64,000 nt of DNA from Gracilinanus agilis (lineage: Eukaryota): assembly GCF_016433145.1 (NCBI RefSeq), contig NC_058135.1, forward strand, positions 276,750,211-276,814,210. Reading direction: 5' to 3'. Shown here piece after piece: positions 1-12,695 of this stretch (positions within the stretch are counted from its first letter, which is position 1; the number at the start of each line of letters is the position of its first letter). Both the position numbers and the translations under genes were made by a program. A model generated the notes under the pieces. That model was not told the DNA's origin. It did no database searches and saw nothing but the letters and a program-made list of their open reading frames with translations.

Positions 1-1930
1 AGAGAGAGCTTAGTATTCTGACTTGATAGTTCATACAAGGTTTGAATAATGAGAGAGATACTTCCAAACCCTCTATCATTTTCTTTGAATTATAATCATC
101 TCTGGGACTTCCATGACCCTTTATATATGTAATAATATTAGGTCCTCTTTATATAGGCTACTCCTGATATATATATAGATTACCACATCTCTTCAAAACT
201 TATAGGTAACCAATGCTCCTGGGAGCTCTTGTGAGAGGATGAAAAACCAAAGGAAATACCGTAATAAATGGAAGTTTGAAAAATATGTTTTATATAGAAG
301 AACATGTTCTATGTTGATGTGGGACCCAATCTATTATAAAAATATTGGATTTGAAGCAGAGAAGGGGACCAATTTTCCTGGCTATAGGAGATATGGCAGC
401 TAGAATACTGTGCAAGGAATTCTGAATTGTGGTTGGTTTGCCCAAGTTCATTAACAAGATATAAACCATGATAAGAGAACTGAAGAAATAAGAATGGTAC
501 AGAAATTAAGTCAATGTTCACCTCGGGTTCTAAGCAGAGCATGATGATAAAGATCAGAGACACAGAATATGTCATTCAGAACCTGCACTAGGAAGGTAAA
601 GGGACTTCTCTACAAATGTCTGTTAAATGGTAAGATATTAAGGCTAGAATTATAGCTGTGAGTTTGAAGAAGCGAACTAACAACCTATAATCAAATTCCA
701 ATGGGAATTGCATAGTTGAAAAATTAGCATTTTTACTCTCTTTCAAATAGTTAAATGGACAGCACTTTGTGCACAGCAATTAATTGAATATTGAAGAAAC
801 CTAAAGTGTAATAGAGGTTTAGGTAGTGAAGATTTCTATTCAAGGTTACTCTTTATTTGTCAAGGTATGTATCAGTGATTTCCTGAAAAATTATGGTTTT
901 AGAGGAGAATTGTATATTTGGGGAAGAAACCTTCAATCAAGTAGTCATGGCTATAAGCCTGGTCTCATCCCATTGTTAATTATGTTATCTTTTTCACTCT
1001 TTGTATGTGGAGGTGGTGTATGGAGGTCGAATTGGAGGTGGTAGACAGGAACATCTTTCTTCCCAGAATGTTGACAACAGGGCAATGGGAAAGGAAAAGG
1101 TAGAAGTATATGACTGATCCCTAATTCATTCAGAAAGACATGCATTTCAAAATTATTCAGTTCTGATTAAAGAATACTAAGTGATCCCAGGAAAATTTTA
1201 CAGAGGAAAGAATCATAAAGAATCAAATTCGATATTCCTGTGTTTTATAAAACTAACAATATAAATTACTTGGTGAAGTATTCCTTTTTCATAAAATGTT
1301 TGTGAGTTCTGCTAAACAGTTTAGATGAAATTAGGTATAGAATAATAACACGCTCTATAACATTAAGAAGGCACACTACCTCTGGGTAAGGAAACCTTGA
1401 GTTTGAATCAAACCTTCATCACTTAATAATCTAAGTAATTTATTCAAGCTCTGTCCCAGTTTCTGTAGGTATAAAATTTGGTATAATCAAAGCTCCTAAC
1501 ACCCAATATTGTTTTGCAGATTAAATCATGTAATACTTGTAAAGTCTCTATCACAGTAGATAGGACATAAAACATATCCTTTATATGTTATTATTAATAT
1601 TTTAATTATTATGTTTTATAAGTAATGCAAAATAGATGGATTAAGTAAAAATGATAGCAACATAAAACAAACATGAAAAAAGCAATTAGCTCTGTTTGTC
1701 AATCAGTTGACAGATATTTATGATAAAAATTCTCTATTATGAACATTGTGATACATACTGGGCATATACAAAAATGGGTAAGTGAGTAAAGGCACAAAAA
1801 TTGAAAAATAAAGTTTATAGTATTCTTGTATTCCAGAGTCAGGTCTTGATTCTAGATATTTATGATTTTAAGATCAATCTTCCATCTACCATGCAAAACT
1901 CATCACATATTATCTTTCATGCCTAATTAC

Positions 1931-2727
1931 TGGAGCCAATTTTGAAATGTGAATCAAATTTTCTTTGTCTATCAATCAGCACCTTTTAATTTAATCAACC
2001 AAAAACTGAAAACATCCTTACTTAACACTTTGTTATCCAACAAGTAAGAGAATTCGCAAGTCACTTACTTAAGGAGTTCACAACATTAGAAACTCAACCA
2101 ATCTGGAACTTGTCAATACTTTTGATAAGAATTTATACCTTCAGAGAATGAGAGGTGTGAATCCCACAGATACTGCTCACTTGGGCAGGGTAAGGTATTT
2201 TGACATCTATGATTGGCCCCTGTGAAGAGAGGAAGGGACAAAAAGCATTATAAAAATGCTGATCTTCTTTGGCTAGAGAGTCATCTTGAGCTTGAGGCTT
2301 CAATTGGTCTTTGGCTTGAATTTTCAGGTTGGAGCTTTGGCTGGTGACCTTCCTCTTGGAGATGACTCTGGGCTTGGACATGAGGTTTGACTTGAGATAT
2401 TGGCTCTTGGACTATTTCTTGGATTAGTGAGTAGCTGGCCTTCTTTTCCTGGCTTCTGGAGAGATTAGTTCCAGAGAGGCCTTTCCCTCTTGGAGGACAT
2501 TGTATAGTTGGAACATTGGGTCCTTTGGTAAAACCTAGCAAGCCCTGATAGTCTAGACATCTTCTCTAACCTCTTACATTTCTCTACCTTCATTCTTTAC
2601 AACTTTTTGTAAATAAAGCTATTTAATTCATTTTGGATTGAGGTATAATGCTTTTAAATTAGCACTTACCATATTATTTTAGAATTCTCACATATTTAGT
2701 CAAACCCTTAACCTAATTTTTTGCACA
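1931..2727 (+). mobile_element. Solo LTR
   Basis: TG...CA ends (left end uncertain, 1931 or 1948), TATAAAA 2249, AATAAA 2612, pyrimidine-rich R/U5. Confidence 0.65.
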
Positions 2728-3004
2728 ATTAACTGATAAAGAGAGAGTATACACTTTCTTAATGGATACTACAGATTATTTGTATTAATTTAACAGGTAT
2801 GATCACATAGGATATGCCCAGGAAAAGTGTGTAAACGGTGATGACATTACTACAATGAACATCTATTTTTTCAAAAATTTTACATTATGGTATAGAACAG
2901 TTCTTTGATTAGCATAATGCACACAATTTAAAGCATATTGTTGCAATTTAAGTAATAAATACTTTACAACATTGAAAAATAAGTAATATAGATGCATATA
3001 TATG

Positions 3005-3006
<2 letters not shown>

Positions 3007-3057
<51 letters not shown>
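3007..3057. repeat. Compound (CA)n(TA)n microsatellite
   Basis: Directly visible. Confidence 0.95.
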
Positions 3058-3252
3058 CTTTAATATTCTAAGGAAAAGGAAGGTCTGTATATTTTTTTGT
3101 CCTCATACAGAAGTAATGCATATCTGTAGATTGGTGATTGCTAATTCACAGGAAAAATCTCAAATGAGAGAGTGTATTATTAATTCAGTTCTAGGCAGAA
3201 TTGTAGGCAGCACTAGGCAAAGATTCAGATCATTACCCAAATTCATTGTTTT

Positions 3253-3447
3253 GTTTTGTTTTGTTTTTTTCTGAACTCTTACCTTCCATCTTGGAGTCAA
3301 TACTGTGAATTGGCTCCAAGGCAGAAGATTAGTAAGGGTAGGCAATTGGGGTCAAGTGGCTGGGATTTGTCTGTAGCCATATTTGAACCTAGGACCTTCT
3401 GTCTCTAGGCCTGGCTCTCAATTCACTGAGCTACCTAGCTGCCCCCC
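3253..3447 (-). mobile_element. SINE1_MD-like tRNA SINE
   Basis: Head ggggcagctaggtagctcagtg on the minus strand; 14-bp TSD aaattcattgtttt (3239-3252 and 3449-3462). Confidence 0.9.
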
Positions 3448-4590
3448 TAAATTCATTGTTTTCCATTGTCTTAACTCAGAACAATTACTTTTACTATTTT
3501 TATTTTCTAATCAGATCGCAGGGAAATGATACTTCATTGGATAAGGGTGCAGGGTTCCAGACAGTGAGCATTATATTTTGCATACATGAAATCATATTTA
3601 TATTTATTTAAACATTAATTAATTTTAATGATTAATTGGAATCAGAATGAAAAATATGTGAAAGCCATTGATTCTAGTTCATAATTATTATCATTTGGGG
3701 AAAAATGAAATCAATACATAAAATGAAATATTGCCTTGTTAATCACACCAAAGGAAAGTCTATATTCTTTTTCTTATTTGTTCAATTCTATTGCCAATTT
3801 CTCTTATGATTCTAAATAATGAGTTTTTCCTTTCTAAACTTTTCTAGTTTATTATTTAATGGCCACTTATTAAATTCCTGTTATTTTCTAAGTACAAGGT
3901 TAAGGGCTAAGAATTAAATGGCAAAAGCAAAACAATCTCTGCCTTCAAGGATCTTGTGTTCTCCTTGGAGGAATGAACACATGCATTGTGATAAGAAGGA
4001 GATATATTCTTCAGAAACAAAAGGCTAGAACTAGATCCCAAACCAGGCATATATGAATCAAAAATACTAATGGATTGAAAGGTCCAGAATAAGAATTATA
4101 GTGTGGTTGTTGTTTATCCAGTCTCCCTAAGTCCAAGTATTTAAGGAAATTGTGAACATTAATCATGTTAGAAGAATAGATTTTGTTTTGCTAAATAGTG
4201 GACTGGGAGAAAGGCTTTAGGCATGTTCAAAATAATTTACTGTCTGAGTCATGAAACTTGTCTCACGAAACCTAAATTTATAATTTCTAACTTTAGTGCC
4301 TACCATCTCTTATTACTTTTATTGATGTGATGATAGAGTGCATATACCTTCACTCTTTCTCACTCAGTCAAAGAAGGCATCTCTCCACCAAATTATGCTG
4401 AGTCATGAAAAATTAGAAATTGCCTAAACTGGAATGGACTGCCTCTAGATTTATGAATTCATTTTCTTGTATTATTGGGTTCTGTTTCAAATGCATATAA
4501 TAATACCTCTAAATTTATAATTTTAATTTAAATGGGCCTCATTCAAAAAGTTTTGAGTCATTCATAAAGGAAAGAAACATGTAAACACTA

Positions 4591-5310
4591 GAGGCAGCTA
4601 GACAGCTCAGTGGAGAGAGTACTCATTCTGGAGCTAGGAAGACCCAAGTTAATAGATGTCCTTTCACATTTACGGATGAGTCTCTCTTGTCAAATTATTT
4701 GTGGCTCATAGAATGGGATAAGAGGAATGTGATTGGGTGAGGAAGGTCACAGACCTACTCAAAGTCTCTTGCTGATCAGTGACAAACTTTATTGACTACA
4801 AAAAGGTACTTTTAGAGAAAGTAGGCTAAGGGATTAGGTAAGCTTTTTACAGGGACAATGGTTACTAATGATTTACAATCTTAGAACAAAGACTTAGTTT
4901 ATCTTACTGAAGCTTAGACAGAGTTTTCTATAGGATAATAAATCATAGGCAAATATGTAACCATCTAACAAAGCTTCTCACAGAATTCCTACATTAGTAA
5001 TTTCTTGGAAGAACACACAATTTTTACAAAGTACAACATGGAGTGGTTAGAAAGGCAGGGTTTGGGGGCCTCATTTGATGCCTAGGCTATGTGTCTAATT
5101 GTTTCTAAATTATGACTGTTTTAACTAAGGCCTACTCACACTACTGGGGGCTATAGTTTACTAGCTATATTAACCTGGGCTAGTCACTTAACCTTTGTTT
5201 GCCTTAATCTACAACAGAAAAAAAAGAATCCATTCCAGTATCTTTGCCAAAAGAAACCCATGGACAGTATGGTTAATAGGGTAATAAAGAATTGAATAGA
5301 ACTCAACAAC
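4591..5310 (+). mobile_element. MAR1-type SINE split by an LTR (4591-4673 plus 5156-5310)
   Basis: tRNA-like head gaggcagctagacagctcagtgg; RTE-like tail ccagtatctttgccaa...caacaac. Paralog at 55425-56140. Confidence 0.75.
4674..5155 (-). mobile_element. Solo LTR inserted inside a MAR1 SINE
   Basis: Flanked by atttac (4668-4673) and gtttac (5156-5161); TGA terminus preserved in the paralog (55508). Confidence 0.7.
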
Positions 5311-7474
5311 TATACATGGCAGTTACCAAATCATATGACAAAAATATATCTTATTTGATCCACATAACAATTATATTAGGAAGTTTTATGATTCAAAATT
5401 ATGATTATGAGTATATATGAAAAAATATGATTCAAAGTTAAAAAACCTGGAGCAGAGATTAAATGATTTTCCCAGGTTTACACTGATAATCAATGACTAA
5501 GACCACTTTTGAATGCAATTTTCTTGAGGTTAAGCCAGTGGCTTTTGCAGTTTGCCTCTCAGATTCCTAATAATTTCATTTTCTGCTCACAAAAATCCTG
5601 CCATATAAGTGCTGTTAATAGTCTTATTTTATAAGAAAGAAAAAATGGTCAAAACAGGTGAAGTTATCTGTCATAGGTCACATGGTTCAAGTGCGAGGGA
5701 AGATTTAATAGTTTTTCTTGACTTCAGAGCCATTGCTCTATCCACTGAAAAACAGATCTTCTAAAAGATTTTTAAAATTCTCTAGACAATTCAATCTATT
5801 GACCACATCCTGGTTATTTCTGGATCTCCTGCCTTCTCTCTTTGTACCATCTGTCCAAAATACAAGCACAAAATGGAAAGATTTCCATCTTGGCCAGCCA
5901 AAGGTATGTTATCATTTAGATAGTAGATATTCTTTATTTACTAGGCCTTTACTGTGTGACTGATTAAAATTAATCTATTCTGATTGACTAAAGTCCTCTC
6001 CAAGAACTTTCTGTAACATTCTTGGATAGGCAAAAACCAAAACAATATCACCTACAAAGCAGAGACTGGCAATAAAACTGATACATAATATTTCATGGAG
6101 CTGGTTGAAATTATTGACACTGTTATATATTATGGAAATTTCCTTGAGATCATCCAATCAAGTTCATTAAAGCTCATCAGTACTTTGGGGACATGGTCTC
6201 GTGGTGATTAAGAAACCCATAAAGTTTTCCTCCAGCAACTGACTTTAGGGATAACATGAATGAACAAGCTACTGATGATTCTTTCTTCCAGGTGTGTAGA
6301 TTACAGAATTATTTATGTTCATCTCATTAATTAGATTTAAAAAAATCATATTTGTCTCAAGCAATTTAGTTAAAAACTACGAAAATAATAAATACAATTC
6401 GGGAGTTTGGGGGAATGAGGAAATGTATGTGCTACATATGAATTTATTTGAATTAAAAGTGCATGAAAGTGTTGTAGAAATCTCACCACTTGAAATATCC
6501 CATCTCTGAGCAGTGTCACAAATGCTGTGTTTTTTTTTTCAGAGAAAAATCAAATGAACTAATTAAGGATCAATAATAACAGGTGAGGCCCAAAAGACTT
6601 TTGAGCTCTTTGTTATGAAAATGGACTTGTTCATGAGAACAAATTAAATAAAAATTGTTTTAAATTTTCCTTACATGTGTCTACAAATGATAGGCATTGA
6701 AAAAATCAAACTTAAGAGCCTACGTCACTTTTATAACTTTGAGGCAAAATATTATATCCCTGATTAGAGAACAGAGAAGTGAGGCTATACAGAGGGTGGA
6801 TATCCATGCTATATTCCCAGAGGTCATATGCTTCATTAATTTTGGGAGGACATAGAAAAAAGAATTGAAAGTTGACCTTTAATTCTAATAGTTCGAGGCT
6901 CTACTTAGAAGAAAATTCATCTAATTTTACCAGCTATCTGTTTGCAATTTATATTTGTAGAAAGTGGCTTAAACTACCAAGATTTTACATGACTAGCACA
7001 GCATGACCCAGAAATATTTTGCATATGATTCTGGAACCCATTTCTTCTAGACTTCAAGTACATTGTGTTAGTTACCACAACATAATGCCTCTTACATGTG
7101 TTCTCATATACTCTATCCTTCCTCAGGATCTAATTATGATGCATCTAAACACTGATTATTTAAAATATTTTAAAATTCATTCATAGTATTATAGTCTCAT
7201 TTTATATGTAACTTGAGTTAAAAGTTTCCACAATTCACTCCAAATTTGGAAAATAAAATTATAATCAATTTTAATTTTAGTAACATGATGATATGATATG
7301 ATGTATGACATAGTATGATGAAAATGATATTAATAAGTTGTGATTTTGTGGGAAAATTGCTACTCAATTTATCTGGGATGTTTCTACATACTAACAGTCT
7401 AACTGATTATGCAAACTATTATCAAAGAAGGCTTCTTCCTTTTATACACAGATTATGTATCTTGGATTGAAGAA

Positions 7475-8413
7475 ATGACAAAGCTGAATGAAACCAAAGG
7501 AAGTCAGGTGACTGAATTCATTCTCATGAGCATCACAAACGATCCTGAGCTGAAGGGTCCCCTCTTTGTTGTCTTTTTACTCAACTACATGGCCACAGTT
7601 GTGGGGAATCTGGGCCTGATCATCTTAACAAGTGTTGATTCTCACCTGCAAACCCCAATGTACTTTTTCCTCAGGCATCTGGCATATGTTGATCTTGGCT
7701 ATTCCACAGCCATTGGTCCAAAAATGCTAGCCAGTTTCATAGTAGAGAAAAATACCATTTCCTACAATGAATGTGCAACACAGTTGGGATTCTATGCAGT
7801 ATTCATCACCAGTGAATTTTTCATCCTGTCTGCCATGGCGTATGATCGCTATGTGGCTATCTGTAAGCCCCTTCTCTATATTGTCATCATGTCAAACAGA
7901 GTGTGTTGGGTCTTGGTGATTATTTCTTACCTCTATAGCATCATGGTATCCTTACTAGTAACAATTAAGATATTTAATTCATCATTCTGTGCATCAAATG
8001 TAATGAGACAGTTCTTCTGTGATAGTGTCCCTCCTTTGTACATTATTTGTTCAGACATAAGAGAGACTAAACTAATCATTAAGTTCTTTTCTGCATTTGA
8101 TTTAATTTCTTCCCTTTCTATAGTCCTTGTCTCCTACATGCTCATTATTGTGGCCATCCTTAGGATGAACTCTTCTGAGGGAAGGCATAAAGCTTTCTTT
8201 ACCTGTGGCTCTCACCTCACAGCAGTGGTTCTGTTCTATGCAACACTTCTCTTCATATACATGAAACCCCAATCTAGTCACTCTGTTGATACTGAGAAGG
8301 TAGCCACTGTGTTTTATACCCTGGTTATTCCCATGCTGAACCCTTTGATTTACAGCTTGAGAAACAAAGAAGTTAAGGGTGCCTTGAAAAGGGTCTTTAA
8401 GAAATTGATATGA
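7475..8413 (+). CDS. OR8K3-like: Olfactory receptor, OR8K subfamily-like, intact 312 aa (copy 1)
   Basis: OR motifs [57 protein letters not shown]; N-glycan sequon NET. The ORF-track ATG at 7409 is upstream of a polypyrimidine/CAG acceptor at 7449-7451, so 7475 is the likely start. Subfamily from recalled similarity to human OR8K3. Confidence 0.93.
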   Translation: MTKLNETKGSQVTEFILMSITNDPELKGPLFVVFLLNYMATVVGNLGLIILTSVDSHLQTPMYFFLRHLAYVDLGYSTAIGPKMLASFIVEKNTISYNECATQLGFYAVFITSEFFILSAMAYDRYVAICKPLLYIVIMSNRVCWVLVIISYLYSIMVSLLVTIKIFNSSFCASNVMRQFFCDSVPPLYIICSDIRETKLIIKFFSAFDLISSLSIVLVSYMLIIVAILRMNSSEGRHKAFFTCGSHLTAVVLFYATLLFIYMKPQSSHSVDTEKVATVFYTLVIPMLNPLIYSLRNKEVKGALKRVFKKLI

Positions 8414-8504
8414 CTTCAACTTCAGTTCCAATTTGAGCATGATTTTGTTATATTATTATAAGTAAAACAACTTGCTAAATTCCTTAGAAAACTTTTCTTG
8501 GAGA

Positions 8505-8514
8505 AATAAATAAA
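8505..8514 (+). terminator. Candidate poly(A) signal of OR8K copy 1 (overlapping AATAAA pair; paralog about 58793)
   Basis: About 90 nt after the stop codon and conserved in both copies. Confidence 0.45.
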
Positions 8515-9320
8515 ATTTTCTTCCTGATATGTACCAGATAATTATTTTTGTGACTTAAAAAAATTCCAAACTCCAATTAATATTAATTGTGAATGAAGAA
8601 ACTTAGGAGAGCATTTAGTCTAAATTTTCTCCATAAATTTTCCCCCTATTATATTACCAGTAGTGAGTATACCATTGTTAGCTGAAATTTTCCTTTGTTG
8701 GAGTATCAGTAAGTTAACAAAAACTTTAAAAAGTGAATCCATTTACTTAGTCAGACACTAGACATAAAAAATAAATGAAATGGTTCTTTTCATCAAGTAA
8801 TTTACTTTAGAAAGGGATAGTTAAGTATAGGAAAAGTTTCCTACATGTTATGGCACGTATTCCAATTTTGCATACCTCAGATTGCTGGAAAATTTTTACT
8901 TATAATCTCTGTAGTACTTCCATCTATTCCTTCTGGTCTTTCCCTCTCTGTGCAAGCAGAAAATATTTTTCCCTTTTTTTGTGGCAATAATTTAAATGCT
9001 TTGAGGAAAACTTCAATCCTAGCCAGACACTTTCTTCTGTCCCAAATCTCCCATTCATTTGCTGAAGTAAATAGAAAACTGTTTAATACAGCATTTGAAT
9101 CTTAAAATTTTGTTACCACTTTTTAGAGGCCTTACATATTTAGAGTTTCCGGGACTAAATGTCATATCTGCTATTTGTGATCTGTGATATTCTAAATAAT
9201 ATTTGCCCTCTCAGAGTCTAGTTGCTTTGTAAAAAATATGGATTTTATATATGTTTAAGATCCATTCCAGTTCAACATTCATGATGCTTAGATCTTCTTT
9301 GTTTTAACACCATATATTCT

Positions 9321-9540
9321 TTTTTTGTGTGTGAGTGTTTTTAAACCATTATCTTCTGTCATAGAATCACTGCTGTATATTTGTTCTAAGGCCAAAGAGT
9401 AGTAAGGGCTAGGTAGGCAATAGGGGTTAAGTGAGTTTATCAGAGTCACATAGCTGGGAAGTGTCTGAGGCCAGATATTAAGCAAGGACATCCCATCTCT
9501 AAGCCTGGTTCTCAATCTCCTGAACCACCCAGCTTACTCC
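9321..9540 (-). mobile_element. SINE1_MD-like SINE (paralog at 59608-59818)
   Basis: Diverged SINE1 body, present in both duplicate copies. Confidence 0.85.
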
Positions 9541-10445
9541 CATATTTCTTAAATAAATCGTCAAATGCCAGAATCTAATACCTCTTTACTATTTTGGTTG
9601 CCTTCTGTTCACTTTGGAAGTTATCAATGCCAATTCTGAAACATGTCACCTAAAATTGAATATAATCCTTCTAAAATGTTCTGGCCAAGGCAGAATGCAA
9701 CTAGACTATCATGGTCTATTCCTGTTGCTATGGAGACTATTTTAGCTTCTTTAGTTTCCACATATTCTTATAGTCACTTATTAAAATTGGTTTGGAACTT
9801 AAAATCAAGGTCTGCAGAGAAATCTATAAGTGGTCATGTTTGCCCTATTATTTATTTGTAAAGTTGTTTGTTTTTATTTTTAAGCCCAAATCAAATATAA
9901 ACTTTTCATTTGTCCCTATTGAATTTATTTATGTTATTTATCTCATCTTAGTACATATTATGTTTAGAAAATATCAGGAATATTTTGTTGTTAAATATGA
10001 GAATGCATCCTAGACTTATTTTTTTGTTTGTTTCACTGGCTGACTCATTAAGAAAGTTTCTATTTTGTAGATTCCAATGTCTTGAAATTTCTCTTCCTTC
10101 CTATTTCAAATATCACTCTGAGAAGATGTCATGATCTGTATTAGTCAGAAGATTATAATTCTTCATGGGTCAGAATTTCAGGCTCACCAAATATTTACTA
10201 GAATGAAAAAGTTATTTTGGGAAGATCTGGAATCAGATCCTTTTGAAAAATTTATGAATTCTGACCTCAATAGGATTAAATGCCATCATAAGACTTAAGA
10301 AGAGAAAGTATTATGGGATCAGCTAATGACTGGAAAGGAAATATGTTAAAAAATAAACTGTAAAAAATTATTCTTTTTCAGATCTTGTTCTTTGTTTCAG
10401 GAGAAATACTATAACCCAAATTATAACTCAATTTTTCCTTTGGTG

Positions 10446-11789
10446 TGATTAGAAAATGGGATAATTTTATTATTAATTGTTTTATAATAATCATATTGGA
10501 CATAAAGGTACTTTTTTATGTGGAAAAAAGTATTTGAGAGCTTTCTTCCTCAAAATTAATGCATTCTTAGGAGTTCCAAGGATCTGTGAACAAAAATAGC
10601 CCCAGAGAGTATCCTCCCCCAATGGTATCATTAAAATGGTAAAGTTATCCTTTGGGAAGAGTTTGCTTTGTATTGATGGAATTCTTGAATGTTTCCCCTT
10701 AACTACACAATTTCAGAAAGGTGATAATATCAGAATGCTTTCATTATATACATTTTAAGACTAGGCCTATGAACTTTAAGGAAAAAAATGTGACACATGA
10801 GTGATATGAATGCGTTAAGTTTACAAATAATATCTCAAGTAAGTTTTACATTAACCCCAAGAGGTAGATATAAGAATTATCAACACCATTTTACTGATGA
10901 ATGCACTAAAGACTAAGCAATGTACTGAGTTCATTTAGGCTAAAATTGTTGGAGGCAAGATTTAAACCAGGTCCTCCTTAACATAAGTCCAGAATTTGGT
11001 TCTTCTTTGCCTTATGCTGAGCTACATTTCAACTTAGGGTCATACTGTTACTTAGTGCAATCATTATCATCATGTAAAAAATATTTATTCAATAATTAAT
11101 ACTACATACTTCCATTGAATTTGGTGATTAGAAAATGGAATAATTTTATTATTAATGGTTTTATAATGATTATATTGCACAGGAAGTTATCTTCATTCAT
11201 GTGGAAAAAAGTATTGGAGAGCTTTCTTCCTCAAAATTAACCCATTCTGAGGAGTTCCTAAGATCTGTGAGCAAAAATAGCCCCAGAGAATATCCTCCCC
11301 AATGGTGTCCTGAAAATGGTAAAGTTGTCTTGGGGGAAGATTTTGCTTTGTATTGATAGAATTCTTCAATGTTTCCTCTTAAGTACACAGAATGGTGACA
11401 ATATCAGAATGAATTCATTATATGCATTTTAAGACAAAATCTAGGAACTTTAAGAAAAAAAATGTGACACATAGGTGATATGAATGAGTTAAGTTTACAA
11501 GGAGTATCCAAAGTTAATAATCCTAAGAGGTAGATACAAAAATATTAAAACAATTTTACTGATGAATACACTAAAAATTAAATAACTTACTAAGGTCATT
11601 TAGGCTAAAATTTTTCTGGGCCAGATTTAAACCAGGTCTTCCTGAAGATGAGTCCAGTATTTTTTTTTGGCCTTATACTGGACTACCTTTTAACTTAGGG
11701 TTATCTGGTTACTTAGTGCCATCATCATGATAATTAAAAACACGTTTATTTAATAATTAATACTACATACTACCAGTGCATTTGGTGAT
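10446..11789 (+). repeat. Tandem duplication of an approximately 680-bp unit (2 units)
   Basis: Units start tgattagaaaatgg at about 10446 and 11125; the array ends ttggtgat at 11789. Confidence 0.9.
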
Positions 11790-12101
11790 GTGGTAAATGA
11801 AAGTCATATGTGCTTTAAGAGGATTACCATATTTAAAGTATTATAGTGGTCATTCTGGTAGAAAATCAAAAGAGTTAAATATCCTGAAAAATGAGGTTTA
11901 GTGTCAGGCAAATAGAAACCAAATTTACATTTATTTGGAAGATGACACTAAGGAAATTAGAGAGTGATTTGAGAATTACTAGGTGAAAGGATTTCTACCA
12001 AAGGGAAACTGACTTTTAAGAATACATATTGAGACCCATAAGTAAATTTAAATGAAAAAGATAAAGGAATTTGTGAATGAATGAAAATAAATCAATTATA
12101 C

Positions 12102-12695
12102 TGTAAGGGTTAAATTAAGAAGTGTGACAAAGTGAGGAGAGCAGTTTAACATTAACTTTGTTTAATTTAAGAAAGAAGTACAGATAGTAAGATAGAAAAG
12201 ATTAACAGAGAATCTATTAATCTTATACCCTATAAATATACCTAAAGTTCCTAATAATATCTAAAATTTCCTAAAACTACCTCTGATTCTGAGGACAGTT
12301 TCTTCTGCATGTCAAGCCTATCTTAACCTACTCTAGCTATAAATTATTCACTAACTACCTTACTCCCTAAAATAATAGTCACCACTCACTCACTCCTTCA
12401 ATCGGTTTTCTACAGTGGTATAACTGTTACCAGCCAACTGCCAGTAGCCCCTTGCCTCAGAGACAGACCTTCTACTCTCTCGAGATCCCAGAGCCAAAAG
12501 ACCCCCAACTGTCAGCCTGCTGCTTCCTTATCTCCTCACTCATCATCTCCCCCTCCTCACTTCCTGTATGAGGGCCTATTAATTCTTCTCCTCAGTCCCA
12601 GTCTCACTGATAATGGAATCTTCAGCTCTGGTTAACTGACTCCTGTAAGTTCTGATCTATTTAGGCATCCTACTCTCTATCCTCTTAAGGACACA
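12102..12695. mobile_element. Solo LTR (paralog at 62398-62988)
   Basis: TGTAAGGG...ACA termini and LTR-like composition; TSD not resolved. Confidence 0.65.

Noticed and set aside
309-575. Hydrophobic 88-aa minus-strand ORF as a possible receptor remnant
   Set aside because: No OR motif found in the minus-strand frames examined; SLIFII resemblance alone is insufficient.
7409-7474. 22-aa N-terminal extension (MQTIIKEG...) of both OR8K ORFs, also at 57704-57769
   Set aside because: It crosses a polypyrimidine tract and CAG acceptor (7449-7451), so it is probably intronic; the second ATG gives normal OR length and sequon position.
8102-8440. Antisense ORF over OR8K and alternative-frame ORFs over the other ORs (36479-36760, 44559-44756)
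   Set aside because: Shadow frames of real coding sequence.
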